NCBI GenBank assembly: GCA_028571455.1
Contig: JAPVVG010000061.1
Location: forward strand, 1 to 55,292
DNA from: Desulfobacteraceae bacterium
Lineage (GTDB): Bacteria > Desulfobacterota > Desulfobacteria > Desulfobacterales > ETH-SRB1
Length of the DNA stretch: 55,292 nt
Direction: 5' to 3'
Part shown: in pieces, positions 1 to 9,066 of the stretch
How positions within the stretch are numbered: position 1 is the first letter of the stretch
How the letters are laid out: every line of letters starts with the position of its first letter
Position numbers and translations under genes: made by a program
Notes under the pieces: generated by a model
What the model saw: only the letters and a program-made list of their open reading frames with translations
Told to the model about the DNA's origin: nothing
The model's database searches: none

Positions 1-20
1 AAACTTTTTATGTCGTTCAT
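1..20 (-). CDS. possible 5' end of an ORF leaving the window (MNDIKS...)
   Basis: A minus-strand ATG at 18-20 is preceded by GAGAGG about 7 nt upstream. Only 6 codons are visible, so the product cannot be determined. Confidence 0.2.
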
Positions 21-149
21 TGAAAGCCTCTCTTTCTGTTTGCCTTAAGCGGTTCACAAATCGAGAGGCTTTCTTAAAATCCCGGAAATGTCAAACTTTG
101 GGAGTCACCCGGCAAAGCCGGGAGTTTACCTAATTTAATTATGAATTTA

Positions 150-215
150 GGAATTCACGAATTAAAAATCAATCAATCCCCTAATTCCTCAATCCCTCAA
201 TCCCTCAATTTTCAG
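150..215. repeat. octamer array (CCTCAATC-type) with inverted GAATT octamers
   Basis: In ctaattcctcaatccctcaatccctcaat the period is 8. Inverted ggaattcacgaatt copies lie upstream. Confidence 0.8.
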
Positions 216-278
216 TTCCTATCACTCCCCCGCCGATAACGGGACTCCGATACTGCCATAGGGGCGAAATCCCAAGTT

Positions 279-1160
279 CTATAAGTAATCAATCAGGCTC
301 AAGTTCATAACCTTGGCCGAAGAAGCAAGGGCAGCCTGGTATGCAAGCTCTTTTTGTTTCAACTCAATGATTGCTTCGGTTATATCGGCATCTTCAATAT
401 TCGAGAGCCTTTCGGTGTTGGCAATATCCATAGTTTGAAGGATATTGCCCTTAATCTCCATCCGGATCATCTTGGAACCTAAGTCGGAAATCTTGGTGGA
501 AATATGGTCAAAGTGATTATCCAGCCTGGTCATTGCATTCTGGATTCCGCTGACATTATCGTTTGTCAGCGCAGTTTTCAAATCCTCTAATGTCTTGAAA
601 ATATCATTGTCCTGTCCTGCAGTTCCAAAAACGGCCTCACCATCGCTTCCAACCTGAACCGTGCTATTTCTGCCTATGTTAATTGTAAAAGGATTGTTGT
701 CCCCATTATAAGTGCCGTCCTGATCGAATGGAGTGGTATCTGTCTTCGAACCTGCAAAGATATAACGACCGTTCAACTCGGTATTAGCCAATGAGACCAT
801 CTGATCTATAGTGTTTTGAACGGTCACCGCTGCGGAAGCCCTTCCTGCGCTCGACGTTGTGGCGGTAGCCATCTGAATGCAGAGGCTTTTGGTATCGGAA
901 ATCAGATCCTGCACATGGTTCATGGCGCTCTCTGAAGCCACAAGCCAGGTTTTGCCAAAGGCAATGTTCCGATCCATCTGTTCGATATTAGCAAGAGTAG
1001 ACTTGATGATGAGGGCCTGGTTGAGTCCCACCGGGTCGTCTGATAGATTGTTGATACGTTTTCCAGTGGAAACGACATTGCTGGCTTTATTTAATTCCTC
1101 GGTGATGTTGCCCAGGTTAAACTTAACCATCTCATAAATCGTTGTGTTGGCCACTCTCAT
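279..1160 (-). CDS. flgL: flagellar hook-filament junction protein FlgL (HAP3)
   Basis: 293 aa. It has a flagellin-like N-terminus (GKRINNLSDDPVG) and a conserved helical C-terminus, and it lies directly after flgK. Confidence 0.9.
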   Translation of the reverse strand: MRVANTTIYEMVKFNLGNITEELNKASNVVSTGKRINNLSDDPVGLNQALIIKSTLANIEQMDRNIAFGKTWLVASESAMNHVQDLISDTKSLCIQMATATTSSAGRASAAVTVQNTIDQMVSLANTELNGRYIFAGSKTDTTPFDQDGTYNGDNNPFTINIGRNSTVQVGSDGEAVFGTAGQDNDIFKTLEDLKTALTNDNVSGIQNAMTRLDNHFDHISTKISDLGSKMIRMEIKGNILQTMDIANTERLSNIEDADITEAIIELKQKELAYQAALASSAKVMNLSLIDYL

Positions 1161-1170
1161 AATAATTTTC

Positions 1171-2934
1171 CTATTTTACGCTAAGCAATGTATTCAGCAT
1201 TTCGTCGGAGATGCTGATAAGCTTGGCTGCGGCCTGAAAGGCACGCTGGAATTTGATGATATTTGTCATCTCCTCGTCAAGAGAGACAGCAGAAATACTG
1301 TCGCGAATTTCCCCGATTTTATTTGCCATCACCGCATTAAAGGCCCTGCTCCTTGAGATGCTTGAAGATTTGATTCCAATAGAACTTACCATGGAATGAT
1401 AGTAGTTGTCGATAGTCGCGGTCACGCTGCCTTCTGTGTTTCCGTCGATCCTGTCGCATGTCCACAGTGAAATATCTATGGACGTATATTGCAGGTCGGC
1501 AATAGCAAGGGCATTGGTGTTGTCTCCCGAAGCATAGTGACCGCTGGCATCTATCTGGGCGGCGGCGATGTAGTTCTTGTCAAGACTGATTTTGTTGTTT
1601 AGGTCCATGCCCCCGGCATTCGCGCCCGTGAAAAGTGTATTGATACCAAGGGCCGCAAGGACATTGCTTGTATCATCGGAAAATGCGAATGTGTATCCGG
1701 TGCCCGCGTCAATCTTGAGCTTTCCGCCTGTTATGATTGCGCTTATGTTAGCAACCCCATCTATGGTGTCCCTGAGGTCTGTGAGTTTTGTGCCGCCCGC
1801 ATTCGCGTCCACGATGATAACACTTGGCTCTCCAGTATCAAGATCTCCGTTAGAATCATAGACCCAAAGGTTAAAGGTGCCATCTGAAATTTTGTCATAG
1901 TAATTCAGGCCGGAAGCTTCAGTCCCGAGCTCCTCTCCAGCATCTGATACAGCGTATATTCCTGTAACAGCGCTAAAGGCCTCCATTCCCACACCCTGGC
2001 TGTGCTGCTGGTTGACTGTCCAGATAAATTCCTCTGCCATGGCATTGAGGTCCAGTTTATACTTTTCAATGATCTCGTCCCGCATCTCAAGCCATCCACC
2101 CATCTTTCCCCTGGTAATGTTGTTAGTGAGGTCCCCTGTAGCGACGCCGTCCTTTCCCCCCCACATAATCCTGTCTCCGTTATCTCCTCCAGAAACGAGA
2201 TTATAATTGTCGTTTCCGTGGACAAGAACGCAACCTTTGGCAGTGATTATAGTAAGAGAGCCGTTTGTCTGCTCAAAAGTCTTCACATCTATGTACTGGG
2301 CGAGTTCTGAAGTCAGCGTATTGCGCTTATCTCTTAAGTCATTAGCTATGCTTGTTGCCGCCTCCATGGCGACGAGCCGGCCATTCACCTGTGCTATCTC
2401 ATTTGTGATCTCATTGATTTGAACAATACCACCACTTAACGCCCTTGTTAAATCTGTTTGAATCTGTATTAGATCGGTGTTCAGGGTTTTCAATTGATCG
2501 GACATAAGGATGCTGTGCTCGTAGAGGGCGACCCGTTCCGTGGACCCGGAGGGGTTATTTGCAATGTCTTGCCATAAGTTCCAGAATTTTGACATCATCA
2601 TGCTGATACTTGTTTCCGAGTTTTCGTTAAACAGGCCCTCCATGACCTGCATATAATTCTCCAACTCTTGAGAAGTCGACATGTCCGATTTTCGGTCCAT
2701 GAGTTGGCTTTCTATAAATTGGTCGCTTGCTCTCAGCACCTGCGTTACATCCACCCCTCGGCCAAGGAGTAGGCCGCCGTAAGGCGCTGGTTCCCTTGCC
2801 TCGTTTACAGAGGTCTGCCTTGAATAGCCTTCTGTATTGACGTTAGCAATATTGTGGCCGGTTACATTGATGCCATATTGCTGAGCTGCCAGAGCGTCCC
2901 TGGCAATGCTTAATATCAATCCCAGTCCGGACAT
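1171..2934 (-). CDS. flgK: flagellar hook-associated protein FlgK (HAP1)
   Basis: 587 aa. The N-terminus ARDALAAQQYGINVTGHNIANVNTEGYSRQ and the C-terminus FQAAAKLISISDEMLNTLL are typical of FlgK. Confidence 0.95.
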   Translation of the reverse strand: MSGLGLILSIARDALAAQQYGINVTGHNIANVNTEGYSRQTSVNEAREPAPYGGLLLGRGVDVTQVLRASDQFIESQLMDRKSDMSTSQELENYMQVMEGLFNENSETSISMMMSKFWNLWQDIANNPSGSTERVALYEHSILMSDQLKTLNTDLIQIQTDLTRALSGGIVQINEITNEIAQVNGRLVAMEAATSIANDLRDKRNTLTSELAQYIDVKTFEQTNGSLTIITAKGCVLVHGNDNYNLVSGGDNGDRIMWGGKDGVATGDLTNNITRGKMGGWLEMRDEIIEKYKLDLNAMAEEFIWTVNQQHSQGVGMEAFSAVTGIYAVSDAGEELGTEASGLNYYDKISDGTFNLWVYDSNGDLDTGEPSVIIVDANAGGTKLTDLRDTIDGVANISAIITGGKLKIDAGTGYTFAFSDDTSNVLAALGINTLFTGANAGGMDLNNKISLDKNYIAAAQIDASGHYASGDNTNALAIADLQYTSIDISLWTCDRIDGNTEGSVTATIDNYYHSMVSSIGIKSSSISRSRAFNAVMANKIGEIRDSISAVSLDEEMTNIIKFQRAFQAAAKLISISDEMLNTLLSVK

Positions 2935-2936
2935 TA

Positions 2937-3422
2937 TCAGGCCTCCCTTCTGAGCAGAATATTGGCGCCAGACTTAGTAATATGGCGCTTATCATTGTAC
3001 ATGATCTTTGATTCGGTATGGCCTGTTATAATCGATATCATCTCATCCAGAAAATTGAGCGAGTCGTCAATAAAGAGCTTGTTTTCCTTTCTCAAGGCCT
3101 GAGCCTCGCCATTTAATCGTATAAGTACTTGGTATAGTTCCCGAAACTTAGGCCTATTCCCCTTTGGGATCATGCCCAGTATCTGGTTGGGATCAAAGGT
3201 CTCCTGGTCTGCCGATGGGTTAGCGGTAGAAACGATTTCCTGCCTGATAGAGTCTATCTTTGAGCATATTTCCTCTTTTTCTTCAGATATCCGCCATAGT
3301 TTATCTAAATCTATATTGATCAAAAAATCTCTTTCCTCCATAAAAGAATGAAGCAGGTCATTGTAAAGCAAGATCTTATCGCAAATAAGCTTTTCAATGG
3401 ATTGAACAATGGTATCTTCCAT
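2937..3422 (-). CDS. flgN: FlgN-like flagellar export chaperone (putative)
   Basis: 161 aa and helical. It sits 2 nt upstream of flgK and immediately downstream of a sigma-28 promoter. The call rests on position and size and has no strong motif. Confidence 0.5.
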   Translation of the reverse strand: MEDTIVQSIEKLICDKILLYNDLLHSFMEERDFLINIDLDKLWRISEEKEEICSKIDSIRQEIVSTANPSADQETFDPNQILGMIPKGNRPKFRELYQVLIRLNGEAQALRKENKLFIDDSLNFLDEMISIITGHTESKIMYNDKRHITKSGANILLRREA

Positions 3423-3441
3423 AAATAGACTCCCTTTTTAT

Positions 3442-3469
3442 TTATCGGCATGTCATGATATAAACTTGA
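3442..3469 (-). promoter_or_regulatory. sigma-28 (FliA) promoter for flgN-flgK-flgL
   Basis: The minus strand reads TCAAGTTT-atatcatgacat-GCCGATAA. The -10 element is a perfect GCCGATAA, the -35-like element is AAGTTT, and the spacer is 1 nt longer than consensus. The element ends 20 nt upstream of the flgN ATG. Confidence 0.75.
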
Positions 3470-3481
3470 TTATTTGGAATT

Positions 3482-3757
3482 TTATGCCTTTAGTCGTTCA
3501 AAAAACATCTCTCCAAGCCCTATACCCCCTCCCTTTGCAATACTTAAGGCAAGATTTTCATCGAACATTGATCTAATAATTTTACCTTCATTGTTGTTCA
3601 AAAGAATGCCCTCTCCAGCAATACTTGTCCTCATTGATTTCAACATATAGGTAATAAATATAGATTCGAACTCGGCGCAGGCCTTTTTGAGTCTGTCAGA
3701 AGATATATCCTTATGCGATCCTGGTATACCAGGATCCAATGAAATCCCATCCAACAT
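3482..3757 (-). CDS. flgJ: rod-binding protein (FlgJ N-terminal domain only, no muramidase domain)
   Basis: 91 aa. KKACAEFESIFITYMLKSMR...GGGIGLG matches the FlgJ rod-binding domain. Confidence 0.75.
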   Translation of the reverse strand: MLDGISLDPGIPGSHKDISSDRLKKACAEFESIFITYMLKSMRTSIAGEGILLNNNEGKIIRSMFDENLALSIAKGGGIGLGEMFFERLKA

Positions 3758-3769
3758 AGTTATTCTCCT

Positions 3770-4936
3770 TTAAATTATTTCCAATTCCGCCTGGAGAGCT
3801 CCGGCGGCCTTTATGGCCTGCAAAATAGTGATCAGATCTCTCGGAGTAACGCCAATTGCATTTAGAGCCCTGACTAACTCGCCAATTGTCCTTCCCTCCG
3901 GAACCAGAAGAAGCCGATTTTTTTCCTCAGAGACCGATACATCGCTTTTTGGAGAAACAACTGTGCTTCCCCCCGGCGCAACTATTACGCCTTCCTCCGT
4001 TTCCGTCAGAGCAGACCCCTCACCTGATGGCGCAAAGGGAAGAGGTTGCGAGACCTCTTTTGCCTCTTTTATCTCAATGCTCAGGTTTCCATGGGCAACA
4101 GCAACTTTTGAGATTCTGACATTTTCTCCGATTACTACTGTGCCGGTCCTTTCATTGACTATAACCTTTGCCATGGTATCCGGAACTACCTCGAGTTGGC
4201 CGATTTGAGCAAGCAGGTCAACCGTCCTGTCATGGAATTCGTGAGGGATCCGAAATTTCAAAGTGCCGGAGTCTATTGGTTTGGCAATGTCATCTCCAAA
4301 TCGCGAGTTGATCACGCCGGCAATCCTAAGGGCTGTAATAAAATCAGGATTATTTAAAATAATGGTTAATTCCTGTTTATTTTTGAGCGACAAAGGGATT
4401 TCTCTTTCTACTGTAGCTCCTCCACTGATTCTCCCTACAGTAGGATGGTTTTTTGTAACACCTCCCCCAGCGTCCCCGCCGGCGCTGAAACCACCAATGC
4501 ATATAGCGCCCTGGGCAAGAGCATATACCTTGCCGTCAACCCCTTTCAGGGGAGTTAGAAGAAGATTCCCTCCCTGCAGGCTTTTGGCGTCGCCAATAGA
4601 GGATATTGTTATATCAATCTTTTGCCCTATCCTGGCAAATGGCGGAAGCATAGCGCTAACTACTACCGAGGCAACATTGCTCACCTTCAGATTCGTCGCA
4701 CTAACATGAATCCCCATATGTTCCAGCATATTAGCAAGGCCCTGAATGGTAAAACTTGCTCCAGCTTTATCGCCGCTGCCATTCAAGCCAATGATCAGAC
4801 CATACCCAAAAAGCTGATTTGGCCTGATACCTTTAATTGAGACAATATCCTTTATCCTTGCCGCCTCACCAATGGAAGGTGAAAAGAGAATAAAGGCTAA
4901 AATGACTAATAATAAAAACCTAAAACGGCCATACAT
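3770..4936 (-). CDS. flgI: flagellar P-ring protein FlgI
   Basis: 388 aa with a signal peptide. The C-terminus LVRALNAIGVTPRDLITILQAIKAAGALQAELEII is conserved. Confidence 0.95.
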   Translation of the reverse strand: MYGRFRFLLLVILAFILFSPSIGEAARIKDIVSIKGIRPNQLFGYGLIIGLNGSGDKAGASFTIQGLANMLEHMGIHVSATNLKVSNVASVVVSAMLPPFARIGQKIDITISSIGDAKSLQGGNLLLTPLKGVDGKVYALAQGAICIGGFSAGGDAGGGVTKNHPTVGRISGGATVEREIPLSLKNKQELTIILNNPDFITALRIAGVINSRFGDDIAKPIDSGTLKFRIPHEFHDRTVDLLAQIGQLEVVPDTMAKVIVNERTGTVVIGENVRISKVAVAHGNLSIEIKEAKEVSQPLPFAPSGEGSALTETEEGVIVAPGGSTVVSPKSDVSVSEEKNRLLLVPEGRTIGELVRALNAIGVTPRDLITILQAIKAAGALQAELEII

Positions 4937-5633
4937 GATCGATTATCCTCCCTAACCAGCCAGGTTTTTGCTTGTCTGCCAGAGGACCGATGCCGGCATA
5001 ATTTATCTTGGCATCAGCCACATATGTGGAAGAAATCTCGTTTGACAGGCTTATGTCCTCCGGCCTTATTATGCCTGACAGGGCTATATACTGTGTTTCA
5101 TTATTGACCTTGATCTCTCTTTTTCCATTGATGTAAAAGTTTCCGTTGGGAAGGACCTTTATAATTACAGCGGAAATATATGCCTTTATATGTCCATCCC
5201 TGTCACTGGAAGCCTTTCCATCAAACTTTGAAGCAAGAGTCGCATTTATCAGGTCGTCAGTACCTGGATTTTGGGCAAGCCTGGAATTTTTGCCGGCCAG
5301 GGCCTTCATGTAACCCAAAAACTTGAGCTTTGCGCCCATACTCGAGGACCTGCTCGTGCTGGTATTGGCATTCAGTTTTGCTTCCGGATCCTCCACAATC
5401 CTTACGATAACAATATCTCCTACCTTTCTTGCCCTTTTGTCAGGATAAAGACTAATGCCGCTTGTTTCCGACCATAATGATCCCTCCGCTATTTCAGGGG
5501 GTTTATAATCTGGAAATTGCGGGTCCTGAATCCTTTTTACTGCAGGAACATCAGAGGTGCTTAACGGAAAAGCAGCGCAACCGGTCAGGAAAAAAATCAT
5601 TACTAATAAAAATGCAAACTTTTGGGAGACCAT
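4920..5633 (-). CDS. flgH: flagellar L-ring lipoprotein FlgH
   Basis: 237 aa. It has a lipobox (LTGC) and an FlgH-like core (GDIVIVRIVE..., NGNFYINGKREIKVNNE). Confidence 0.9.
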   Translation of the reverse strand: MVSQKFAFLLVMIFFLTGCAAFPLSTSDVPAVKRIQDPQFPDYKPPEIAEGSLWSETSGISLYPDKRARKVGDIVIVRIVEDPEAKLNANTSTSRSSSMGAKLKFLGYMKALAGKNSRLAQNPGTDDLINATLASKFDGKASSDRDGHIKAYISAVIIKVLPNGNFYINGKREIKVNNETQYIALSGIIRPEDISLSNEISSTYVADAKINYAGIGPLADKQKPGWLGRIIDHVWPF

Positions 5634-5642
5634 TTTTTTCCT

Positions 5643-6398
5643 TTAAAAATCTACCTTTACAGTTAAGTTATTAATTACCCTTGCGTACAGTCTTTTTTTA
5701 GTCATTACGTTTTGAACCCTTATAATCTCGCCTGAGTAGCCTTTATCCAGGACTTTGCCAGGAACAGTCACCTTTAGGCCATCTGATTCCGCCAGGATAG
5801 TTACCATATCCCCCTTTTTTACTATTGGAGATTTTTTCAGCATCCATCCCTTAAGACAGGTATCTGCTTTTACATTATGTTTTATCATGAAACCGACCAC
5901 CTTGCTCAATTCACCTATAATGTCTGCACGCAGGTAGGAGATGTTTTTTCTTTCTAAATAAACGTCGCCCTTTTTAATGATCTCTTTCCTTTTCAGATCA
6001 CGGGAAGCGCAAACTACAGATTCGAACACATCAACCCACGCAACAAGTTGCACCCTGTTTTTTACTATTCCGTTTACACTTATAATGGCATTTAACCTCA
6101 CATATCCGGCAAGTTTTGTCTTGCCCTTCTGGAGTAAGCGGATACTCACCTCACCTGCAGGAACAGGCCTGTTGCGGAGAACCTTGAATCTGGATATAAT
6201 TATATCTGATTGTTCTTTTTCTAAATGCCTGCAAAGATATTTACTAAAGCATTCCCGGAACCTGGCCTCTGGTATGGATTGACAGGTTTGATTGATTGCA
6301 GCCTTATTAGTCTTTTTTGCAGCCGGTTCCGCGTTAAGAGGGAAACAAATGCCCCAAAAACAGGCCCAAAAAATCATGATGTGTATATTTTTAACCAT
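5643..6398 (-). CDS. flgA: P-ring assembly chaperone FlgA
   Basis: 251 aa with a signal peptide. The SAF/ChapFlgA-like C-terminus reads KKGDMVTILAESDGLKVTVPGKVLDKGYSGEIIRVQN. Confidence 0.8.
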   Translation of the reverse strand: MVKNIHIMIFWACFWGICFPLNAEPAAKKTNKAAINQTCQSIPEARFRECFSKYLCRHLEKEQSDIIISRFKVLRNRPVPAGEVSIRLLQKGKTKLAGYVRLNAIISVNGIVKNRVQLVAWVDVFESVVCASRDLKRKEIIKKGDVYLERKNISYLRADIIGELSKVVGFMIKHNVKADTCLKGWMLKKSPIVKKGDMVTILAESDGLKVTVPGKVLDKGYSGEIIRVQNVMTKKRLYARVINNLTVKVDF

Positions 6399-6404
6399 GA
6401 TGAA

Positions 6405-7187
6405 CTACCTCTTAATGTTATTGGCTATCTGCAACATGCTGTCTGCTGTCTGTATGGCCTTGCTGTTTATCTCATAGGCTCTCTGGGCCGCAATCATGGA
6501 AACCATCTCCTTGACTACATCCACATTAGACATCTCGAGAAACCCCTGGAGTATAGTTCCTACACCGTCTGAACCCGGCGTGCCGGAAATGGCCTCGCCT
6601 GATGCATCCGTGCTTCTATATAAATTATGCCCAATACTAAAAAGACCCGCGGTGTTTGGAAAGGTATATAATTCTATTTCCCCAAGGGATGTCCCCTCAC
6701 CTGAAGAATTAAAGACTGTTACTGTTCCGGCTCCGTCAATCGTAATGTTGACAGTATCTGCTGTAACAGCCATCTCCGGTTGCAACTTGTCTCCATTTGC
6801 CGTGCAGATGTTTCCATCTGCATCTAATTTAAAGTTGCCGGCCCTGGTATACAGTTCCTCGTCATTGCTGAGTACTTTAAAAAAGCCTTTTCCCTCTATA
6901 ACCATGTCCAGCTCATTTTTTGTCTCTTGAAAATCTCCCTGCATAAACACCTTATGCACACCAAGAGGCATTGTCCCCATGCCGATTTGGATGCCTGTAG
7001 GAATCTGACTGCCACCCGATGTTTCTGCGCCGGACTGACTTATGGTCTGATACATCAAGTCTTGAAATTCGGCGCGGCTCTTTTTGAAACTTGTTGTATT
7101 TACATTGGCCAGATTATTGGCAATAACATCGATCGTCATTTGCTGGGCGGCCATTCCTGATGCCGCTGACCACATTCCCCTTAACAT
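6405..7187 (-). CDS. flgG: distal rod protein FlgG
   Basis: 260 aa. N-terminus: AASGMAAQQMTIDVIANNLANVNTTSFKKSR. C-terminus: SNVDVVKEMVSMIAAQRAYEINSKAIQTAD. Confidence 0.92.
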   Translation of the reverse strand: MLRGMWSAASGMAAQQMTIDVIANNLANVNTTSFKKSRAEFQDLMYQTISQSGAETSGGSQIPTGIQIGMGTMPLGVHKVFMQGDFQETKNELDMVIEGKGFFKVLSNDEELYTRAGNFKLDADGNICTANGDKLQPEMAVTADTVNITIDGAGTVTVFNSSGEGTSLGEIELYTFPNTAGLFSIGHNLYRSTDASGEAISGTPGSDGVGTILQGFLEMSNVDVVKEMVSMIAAQRAYEINSKAIQTADSMLQIANNIKR

Positions 7188-7204
7188 GATTATCTCCTCC
7201 TCTA

Positions 7205-7888
7205 TTATTGCATGCCAAGACTATTAACCATTTGACTGGTCATTTCATCCATGCACTGAATTACCTTTTGGGCCGACTCAAAGGCCCTGAATGTCTCTAT
7301 CATCTTAACCATTTCTTCTGTTGGATTAACATTGGATTTCTCTAAATAACTTTGCCGAACATCGACATTTTCGGCTGTAAATATTTCTTCCTCCCTCCCT
7401 TGATACATATAGTATGAAAATCCTTCCTTTCTAAGAAGTTGCGGGCGTTTAAAATCTACCACCAATATCCTGTCAACAGGCTGGTTGTCCACTAAGACCT
7501 GTCCGTCATTTTCTATTGACACCTTGATTCCATTGATACTTATAGCGCCGTTTTGGCCCAATACTTTATCACCCTTCCGGGTTACCAGAAAGCGCTGAGC
7601 ATTTATGGTAAATGAGCCGTTTCTTGTATATCTGATACCCTGGGATGTCTGTATCTTAAAGAGTCCCTGAGTGGCCAGCGCCACATCGAGTTCGTTCCCA
7701 GTATAAACTACAGGACCCGGGCTGAAGTCTGTTTCGGAAACATGTTTCATGGAAAGTGTCTGATTAAATGAGATGATGTCCTTTTTAAAGGCATTTGTAT
7801 TAATATTTGCAAGATTATTAGCGATGTTATCAAACCTGAGCTTTTGAACCATGGCGCCATCTACTATATTATGAATTCCTGATATCAA
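7205..7888 (-). CDS. flgF: proximal rod protein FlgF
   Basis: 227 aa with a TTG start. It has rod-family N-terminal (NIANNLANINTNAFKKD) and C-terminal (SNVNPTEEMVKMIETFRAFE) motifs and lies upstream of flgG. Confidence 0.8.
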   Translation of the reverse strand: MISGIHNIVDGAMVQKLRFDNIANNLANINTNAFKKDIISFNQTLSMKHVSETDFSPGPVVYTGNELDVALATQGLFKIQTSQGIRYTRNGSFTINAQRFLVTRKGDKVLGQNGAISINGIKVSIENDGQVLVDNQPVDRILVVDFKRPQLLRKEGFSYYMYQGREEEIFTAENVDVRQSYLEKSNVNPTEEMVKMIETFRAFESAQKVIQCMDEMTSQMVNSLGMQ

Positions 7889-7958
7889 CTTGTCTCACCC
7901 TTTTTATGTTTTGAGTCAGCCGTAATCCCGACAGAGAAGAATTTTATTACTTTAGTAA

Positions 7959-7974
7959 AGCAATATTAATGCCA
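7959..7974 (-). promoter_or_regulatory. sigma-54 promoter upstream of flgF
   Basis: The minus strand reads TGGCATTAATATTGCT (consensus TGGCAC-N5-TTGCW, GG-N10-GC spacing exact). It lies about 70 nt upstream of the flgF start. Confidence 0.7.
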
Positions 7975-8116
7975 GAAAAGCCAAAATTTTAACGCTGCGT
8001 AATATGCTGATAATAAAGAAAAAACAATTAGACGCAAAACAGGTTGGAATGGGTGATGAGGAAAAAAATGCCTACTCTAACTTTTTGCTCACTTGTGGTT
8101 TTTGTTCAAGCACTAA

Positions 8117-8296
8117 TTAGCGGGGCCTATTTCGCAATTTCTTCTTGAACATGAGGCAATCCATCCCCGAAATGCTGCGAACAACGATGTTAGGCGACTT
8201 TCGGCTTTTGAATCCAATACCGCGGCACCCATGTGGGAAATTCTTGTCCCAGGTAATGTAGTAATGCTCGCATTTGTGGCAGACAACAGGTGTCAT
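8117..8296 (-). CDS. 59-aa Cys-rich small protein (CxxC...C...C), not in the supplied ORF track
   Basis: Hand translation gives MTPVVCHKCEHYYITWDKNFPHGCRGIGFKSRKSPNIVVRSISGMDCLMFKKKLRNRPR. The ATG lies 4 nt after the stop of the upstream gene. There is no obvious SD, so translation may be coupled. Confidence 0.45.
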   Translation of the reverse strand: MTPVVCHKCEHYYITWDKNFPHGCRGIGFKSRKSPNIVVRSISGMDCLMFKKKLRNRPR

Positions 8297-8299
8297 CGG

Positions 8300-8770
8300 C
8301 TATTCGTTCTTAAAATCTACTATCAATCCCATATTTTCAAGCATGTCCCAGGCTCTCCGGTGTTCTTCATCATCTCTGTTCATCGATCCGGACACTATTG
8401 ACTTAATCACGTCATCACTCACACCGGCCTTCTTGAGCTCAATAATGTCCTTTGTGCTCATGGGCTTTATTGACCTGGCATTATTTCCGTAAACTACAGG
8501 CGCCGCATCCTTCATGAAAGAGCCTTTTTTGATTATCCCACAAATGGCTTCATCGCTCAGGCCTGCCTTTTTTAGATCCAGAATTTCTTGCACCGTAAAA
8601 GCGCACGTCTCAATCACTTTTTCATCTATTATTGTCTGAATTGTCTCTACGCTTATTCCCGCCTTTTTTAGCCTGACCATATCTTCGCTGTCTAACGAAA
8701 ATGCCGGGCCTGATATAAGTAAAGGGAATAATATTGAAAGCAGAACGTATAATATATCCTTGTTTTTCAT
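8300..8770 (-). CDS. secreted small protein with three [DE]hhxLKKAGhSx[ED]xI repeats
   Basis: 156 aa. It has a signal peptide (LLISGPAFS) and three internal repeats: MVRLKKAGISVETIQTII, ILDLKKAGLSDEAICGII and IIELKKAGVSDDVIKSIV. A good SD (AAAGAGGTGAGAA) precedes the ATG. Confidence 0.75.
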   Translation of the reverse strand: MKNKDILYVLLSILFPLLISGPAFSLDSEDMVRLKKAGISVETIQTIIDEKVIETCAFTVQEILDLKKAGLSDEAICGIIKKGSFMKDAAPVVYGNNARSIKPMSTKDIIELKKAGVSDDVIKSIVSGSMNRDDEEHRRAWDMLENMGLIVDFKNE

Positions 8771-8783
8771 TTCTCACCTCTTT

Positions 8784-9066
8784 GGATTGATGATTTATGA
8801 TTGTTGATTGATGATTGATGTCCCGCCTGGGCGGGATTCGCCCTGCCCGCCACCTGCCCGCAATGCCCTCGATGCGGGCGGGCTTGCTCAGACGAGGCAG
8901 GCGGGTCTATCTTTTCAATCGCCAATCATCAATCCTTGCTCTGACCTCCGACCCCGATTTTCGCGGCTGAAAGCCGCTCCCACTCAACCACTCGACCACT
9001 CGACCACTCGACCACTGGGCCTCTGACATCTGACATCTGACTTCTGACTTCTGACCTCTGACATCT
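8784..9066. repeat. composite repeat block: TGATTGA heptamers / GC hairpins / inverted CAATCAT / 9-mers CCACTCGAC x3 / CTGACYT heptamers
   Basis: This was read directly from the sequence. The outer ggattgatgatt...caatcatcaatcc arms are inverted repeats around stacked cccgcc/ggcggg hairpins. Confidence 0.9.

Noticed and set aside
232-239. A plus-strand GCCGATAA (sigma-28 -10 consensus) downstream of flgL.
   Set aside because: There is no TAAA-type -35 at the correct spacing, it points antisense into flgL, and no plus-strand ORF follows.
4263-4709. Numerous plus-strand ORFs of 60-165 aa antisense to flagellar genes (e.g. 4263-4709, 19044-19535, 24550-25047, 17677-18024, 38052-38447).
   Set aside because: These are shadow ORFs of well-supported minus-strand genes. 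Their sequences are low-complexity and recognisable motifs are absent.
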